Below are positions 47,141 through 50,048 of a stretch of DNA of 50,048 bases, piece by piece. The position numbers and the translations under genes were made by a program. This stretch comes from Escherichia phage vB_EcoS_IME347, in sequence record MH051918; one strand, written 5' to 3'. The notes under the pieces are model-generated. The model saw only the letters and a program-made list of their open reading frames with translations. It did no database searches and was not told the origin of the DNA. Every line of letters starts with the position of its first letter. Within the stretch, counting starts at the first letter, position 1.

Positions 47141-47371
47141 TTACCAAGGAATATAATCCTTTCCCGGCTCCGAATCATCTTCGGCGGTCATAACGAAATT
47201 TGGATCGAATTCGCTTTCTGCATCCATATCCATTTCACCAAGAGCCTGTTCCAAGGTTAAATCCTGATACGCAACTTTGATACAATATTCGCGATTCAGT
47301 CCGGCATCCTGCGCAGTTAAAAAACGATGCCAGAAGTTATCATCATTATTTTTGCAAGGTGCATTGGTCAT
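47141..47371 (-). CDS. hypothetical acidic small protein, 76 aa
   Basis: Track ORF (GTG 47386) trimmed to ATG 47371, which lies 9 nt after GGAG. Confidence 0.65.
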   Translation of the reverse strand: MTNAPCKNNDDNFWHRFLTAQDAGLNREYCIKVAYQDLTLEQALGEMDMDAESEFDPNFVMTAEDDSEPGKDYIPW

Positions 47372-47376
47372 TTCGA

Positions 47377-47601
47377 TTAACTCCACGCATTGATGTAGAT
47401 TGAGTTTTCGACAAGCATCGCGCGGATATCCGGCATTGATGCATTTACCAGCTTTCCGCCCGGAATGGTCCCGACGATGTTATTTCCACGGGAACCTTTC
47501 GTTACGGTAATAACATTAAAGCCTGAAGCGCGATCCAGTTTGATGGTCACTTTGCCTTTTGCTTCGTAGTGCTTGATAATGCTATTTGCTTTAGAGTTCA
47601 T
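47377..47601 (-). CDS. hypothetical small protein, 74 aa
   Basis: Track ORF with an AAGGAAATAAAG RBS. Cassette 47641-47684 upstream. Confidence 0.75.
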   Translation of the reverse strand: MNSKANSIIKHYEAKGKVTIKLDRASGFNVITVTKGSRGNNIVGTIPGGKLVNASMPDIRAMLVENSIYINAWS

Positions 47602-47640
47602 CTTTATTTCCTTGTTTTGTCGTTTCGTTTCGATGGGGTG

Positions 47641-47684
47641 ATAATATCAAATCACCCCGAGGTTGTTTTAGCAATTCGTGCTAT
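47641..47684 (-). promoter_or_regulatory. box/-10 promoter cassette
   Basis: Read on the minus strand: ATAGCACGAATTGCTAAA. Inverted repeat GGGGTGA/TCACCCC. 22 nt spacing to TGaTATTAT. Confidence 0.65.
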
Positions 47685-47827
47685 TTTGAAATGCGATATT
47701 GCATTCCGCTCAAGTCCTCAGGCGACACCGAATAACACGGCTCCCAAGTTCCGTTGACCTTATTGTATTTGCGCACACCTCCAGCGATGCGATACATGCC
47801 GCCGTTATTGTCGTAATAAGTAATCAT
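47681..47827 (-). CDS. hypothetical small protein, 48 aa
   Basis: Hand-translated: MITYYDNNGGMYRIAGGVRKYNKVNGTWEPCYSVSPEDLSGMQYRISK. ATGA overlap with the upstream stop. Its own stop is the TAG of box 47667-47684. Confidence 0.6.
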   Translation of the reverse strand: MITYYDNNGGMYRIAGGVRKYNKVNGTWEPCYSVSPEDLSGMQYRISK

Positions 47828-48147
47828 TGCTTTCCGTCCCACGTCGTGTACATGGTGGACAATCGAACCTTATTCCGTTTCTTCATGTCCTCGTAGCCGT
47901 TGCTCTGCATTTCACGGAATCGAATGATTTCCTCTTTCGTTTCACGATCCGCAATTACGCGAGAGCTTGCACCATTCAGGAAAGCAACCCGGCTTAAATA
48001 GTCGGATCCGTACTTACGAACGCAAGCGGCAACGGTTCTCTCCATGATGTGGACTTGCAGATCCTTCGCGGCCTTCTCTACAGTATCCCCGATACTGCCG
48101 CCCCAGTGAACATCATGATTGACGCGCAACTCATAAACCTTGCTCAT
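47824..48147 (-). CDS. hypothetical protein, 107 aa
   Basis: Track ORF with ATGA overlap with the upstream gene and a GAGG RBS. Confidence 0.75.
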   Translation of the reverse strand: MSKVYELRVNHDVHWGGSIGDTVEKAAKDLQVHIMERTVAACVRKYGSDYLSRVAFLNGASSRVIADRETKEEIIRFREMQSNGYEDMKKRNKVRLSTMYTTWDGKQ

Positions 48148-48368
48148 AATTTAACCTCATTGAATTCGATGAAATCTTGGACATAGGCGCATTCTTTCGC
48201 GTCCTCTTGCCCGGTTAACACTTCACACCCGCCATTGAAGAGCAAGCAACCCGAGCACAAATTGCCGGGGAAATGCTCCTCAACAATCGCAATCCCGGTA
48301 CAACGTCCGCCGCCGAAACGGTGCGGGAAGTCATACGCGCGACAATTGCAGGTTACTTGCTTTCGCAT
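48144..48368 (-). CDS. Cys-rich small protein, 74 aa
   Basis: Track ORF. Contains CNCRAYDFPHRFGGGRC...CSGC...C. TAATG overlap. Confidence 0.7.
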   Translation of the reverse strand: MRKQVTCNCRAYDFPHRFGGGRCTGIAIVEEHFPGNLCSGCLLFNGGCEVLTGQEDAKECAYVQDFIEFNEVKL

Positions 48369-48556
48369 TATTCCGCCTCAGACACAATCACAGGCTCCAG
48401 CTTTTCAAGGCGAACCCGAAAGCTTTCCATGAAAGACTTGCGCTTGATTAAATCTTCGAAAGTCTCAACGGCGATTGATGCGCGATCTCCGCAATAACAG
48501 ACATTCTCTTTCCCGCTTTCTTTGCTGCGGGCAACTACCCGGTAAATTTTGCTCAC
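48368..48556 (-). CDS. hypothetical small protein, 62 aa
   Basis: Track ORF 48368..48604 trimmed to GTG 48556, which overlaps the upstream TGA (GTGA). GGGGAG lies 6 nt upstream. Confidence 0.6.
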   Translation of the reverse strand: MSKIYRVVARSKESGKENVCYCGDRASIAVETFEDLIKRKSFMESFRVRLEKLEPVIVSEAE

Positions 48557-48798
48557 TGCACTGGCTCCCCGTCTAACAAGATGAATACCGCTTCGATGAT
48601 GCATTGCGCTTTGGTCAGTGGCTGAACATCACGCCCGGCAATCTGCCACTTTTTGCCAGCGACGTGATTCACGGTTAAGCTTTTCCCGCCCCTGCACACG
48701 ATGAAATACTTCTGCTCCATCATGCCTTTGGTGTTTACCTCACCGACGACAACGCCATTATCCGTTGCGAAGTCGATCGCGTCAGTTACCTTGTTCAT
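48553..48798 (-). CDS. hypothetical small protein, 81 aa
   Basis: Track ORF with a GGAGATTAAGG RBS. Cassette 48833-48876 upstream. Confidence 0.75.
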   Translation of the reverse strand: MNKVTDAIDFATDNGVVVGEVNTKGMMEQKYFIVCRGGKSLTVNHVAGKKWQIAGRDVQPLTKAQCIIEAVFILLDGEPVQ

Positions 48799-48832
48799 TG
48801 CCTTAATCTCCGTGATTCGTTTCGATGGGGTA

Positions 48833-48876
48833 ATTATGCCAAACTACCCCGATCGCGTTTTAACAAAAAGTGCTAT
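48833..48876 (-). promoter_or_regulatory. box/-10 promoter cassette
   Basis: Read on the minus strand: ATAGCACTTTTTGTTAAA. Inverted repeat GGGGTA/TACCCC. 22 nt spacing to TGgCATAAT. Confidence 0.65.
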
Positions 48877-49194
48877 TTAGAGCGACTCTTCCAGAATTTG
48901 ACGGATGCGGTTGATTGCCTGTAACTTCATGAGATCCCACGAGTGAGATCCGGCGTTCGGTAATTCGTCAAACAGGTTGCTCACCATATCCGTGACCTGC
49001 TCAATACCGGCCTCTTTTGCAGCCTGTTCCAGTGTCGGCTCGGTGACGTCAATCCAGATACCGTCCTTAATGAATTTCGCGACAGGCGGACGATAGGCCA
49101 GTTCCATTTCGATCCCGTCCGCGCCCATAAGGAAGAAAGTCCCGTTGCGTTCGATGAAGTACATTTTCAGTTTGGTGTGGAAATACTTTTTCAT
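48877..49194 (-). CDS. hypothetical protein, 105 aa
   Basis: Track ORF. Its TAA abuts box 48859-48876. Confidence 0.75.
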   Translation of the reverse strand: MKKYFHTKLKMYFIERNGTFFLMGADGIEMELAYRPPVAKFIKDGIWIDVTEPTLEQAAKEAGIEQVTDMVSNLFDELPNAGSHSWDLMKLQAINRIRQILEESL

Positions 49195-49206
49195 GGTTAT
49201 TATTCC

Positions 49207-49437
49207 TTATGCAATGATGAATTTGAAAAGGTCTGCGCCGTAAGCCGTGCGAACAACACAACTCCACGCTGCGCGGCCTTCATGTCCGGAGTCAAGATTA
49301 ACCTGAATCTTAAAGCCAATGCGATCGGTCACGAATACTTTTCCGTCCTCGCGGGTTGCGGTGTACTGATTGCCGGAAACGAAAGCGGCATCACCGAGGG
49401 AGTTAGAAGCAAACACACAAATCATTTTCTTGGTCAT
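49207..49437 (-). CDS. hypothetical small protein, 76 aa
   Basis: Track ORF. Cassette 49472-49515 upstream, with the AACCAATCAGAGAG leader. Confidence 0.75.
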   Translation of the reverse strand: MTKKMICVFASNSLGDAAFVSGNQYTATREDGKVFVTDRIGFKIQVNLDSGHEGRAAWSCVVRTAYGADLFKFIIA

Positions 49438-49471
49438 TTTTGGGAAATCTCTCTGATTGGTTGATGTGTTA

Positions 49472-49515
49472 AGTATGCCCCGAATCCGATCAGGGCGTTT
49501 AGCAATTCGTGCGGT
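49472..49515 (-). promoter_or_regulatory. box/-10 promoter cassette
   Basis: Read on the minus strand: ACCGCACGAATTGCTAAA. Imperfect inverted repeat GCCCTG/CGGGGC. 22 nt spacing to CATACT. Confidence 0.55.
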
Positions 49516-49794
49516 TTAGATAGATTTCTTCGCAACCTTGTATGCTTCCTTGAAAGCCGGAACATCTTCGATTTCAATCCAGAAGCCGGAGCCATAACCA
49601 TCCTCATAGCAAGGGCACTGATCGCAATAGTCGCCCCAAGTTTTCTCAACGCCACCGATAGAAAACCCTGTGGACATTTCGCAAAGCGCTTCCTCTACAG
49701 CTTCGATCTTGTCGGCGTCGTTGTCCATGATTACAAAGTTCCACTTGCCGTTGTATTCAGTACCGAGTTTGATAGATTCGCGCTTGAGTTTCAT
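49516..49794 (-). CDS. hypothetical acidic small protein, 92 aa
   Basis: Track ORF with a GGAG RBS. Cassette 49836-49879 upstream. Its TAA abuts box 49498-49515. Confidence 0.75.
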   Translation of the reverse strand: MKLKRESIKLGTEYNGKWNFVIMDNDADKIEAVEEALCEMSTGFSIGGVEKTWGDYCDQCPCYEDGYGSGFWIEIEDVPAFKEAYKVAKKSI

Positions 49795-49835
49795 GAGTTG
49801 CTCCGTTGTTTTGTGTGCTTCGTTTCGATGAGTGT

Positions 49836-49879
49836 ATTATGCCAAACCAAGCCGATCGATGTTTAGCAAAAAGTGCTAT
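49836..49879 (-). promoter_or_regulatory. box/-10 promoter cassette
   Basis: Read on the minus strand: ATAGCACTTTTTGCTAAA. 22 nt spacing to TGgCATAAT. No clear inverted repeat. First leftward promoter of the right arm. Confidence 0.6.
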
Positions 49880-49894
49880 TCCTGAAATTGTCGA

Positions 49895-49925
49895 TTATTC
49901 CACCGATTCTGGAATAACTGGAATA
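49895..49925. repeat. inverted repeat TTATTCC-N9-GGAATAA plus direct CTGGAATA x2
   Basis: TTATTCC at 49895-49901 and GGAATAA at 49911-49917. A second GGAATA lies at 49920-49925. Confidence 0.5.
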
Positions 49926-49927
49926 CT

Positions 49928-50012
49928 TGATGATTACTCATGATTGCAAATGACAAGTTGTGATTATTGCGTGATGTGGAATGATTGCTGTGATTGTTGC
50001 TTGTAATGCAAT
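49928..50012 (+). repeat. phased TGAT(T/G) repeats
   Basis: TGATT or TGATG occurs near 49931, 49941, 49961, 49971, 49982 and 49991, mostly in steps of 10-11 nt. Followed by TGTAATGCAATGAATG. Confidence 0.5.
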
Positions 50013-50048
50013 GAATGTGGAGGGGAGATTATTATGATGCGCTCCTCG

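Noticed and set aside
49434-49655. Track ORF 49434-49655 (-), 73 aa.
   Set aside because: It runs through cassette 49472-49515 and overlaps the well-supported 49516-49794 gene out of frame. It has no RBS.

Overview
The window reads as an essentially complete ~50 kb genome of a virulent siphovirus. Its gene order matches what I know of T1-like (Drexlerviridae-type) enterobacterial phages, but this is inferred from gene content and order, with no database search.

Layout:
- 0-0.45 kb: AT-rich control region.
- 0.45-9.5 kb: about 31 small rightward early genes.
- 9.6-29.7 kb: rightward packaging, head and tail block: terS, terL, portal, Mu-F-like protein, scaffold, two decoration-like paralogs, major capsid, connectors, tail tube, G/GT chaperones, tape measure, and a lambda-like M-L-K-I-J tip.
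- 29.7-31.1 kb: leftward secreted protein plus two fibre-accessory genes.
- 31.1-31.6 kb: a second control region, paralogous to the first.
- 31.6-33.9 kb: exonuclease-erf-ssb.
- 33.9-37.3 kb: leftward tail fibre (S74-type chaperone end), primase and an HTH protein.
- 37.4-44.5 kb: rightward helicase, VRR-NUC, Dam, small genes, an HTH-metallophosphoesterase, then holin / SAR-endolysin / unimolecular spanin.
- 44.5-49.8 kb: leftward DUF3987-like P-loop protein and small early genes.

I saw no tRNA, rRNA, CRISPR array, integrase, repressor or transposase.

Main hunt results:
1. An 18-nt box (ATAGCAC-N5-GYTAAA) occurs 31 times. In 25 copies it lies 21-23 nt (exactly 22 nt in 21 of them) upstream of a -10-like hexamer, usually with a covarying hairpin between them and a conserved A/C-rich leader after. 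There is no usable -35, so this looks like a phage-specific, probably factor-dependent promoter regulon covering the early and replication genes.
2. Two colinear ~350-bp noncoding modules carry GTGAC-type repeats and AT-rich cores. They look like origins or operator fields.
3. The late operon is cut up by intrinsic terminators. The capsid gene sits behind a promoter whose start lies inside the terminator stem.
4. The acidic PE-rich tail of a decoration-like protein is interrupted by an in-frame TAG.
5. Several translationally coupled micro-ORFs lie below the ORF-track cutoff.

All coordinates were counted by hand from the printed sequence, so errors of 1-2 nt are possible.
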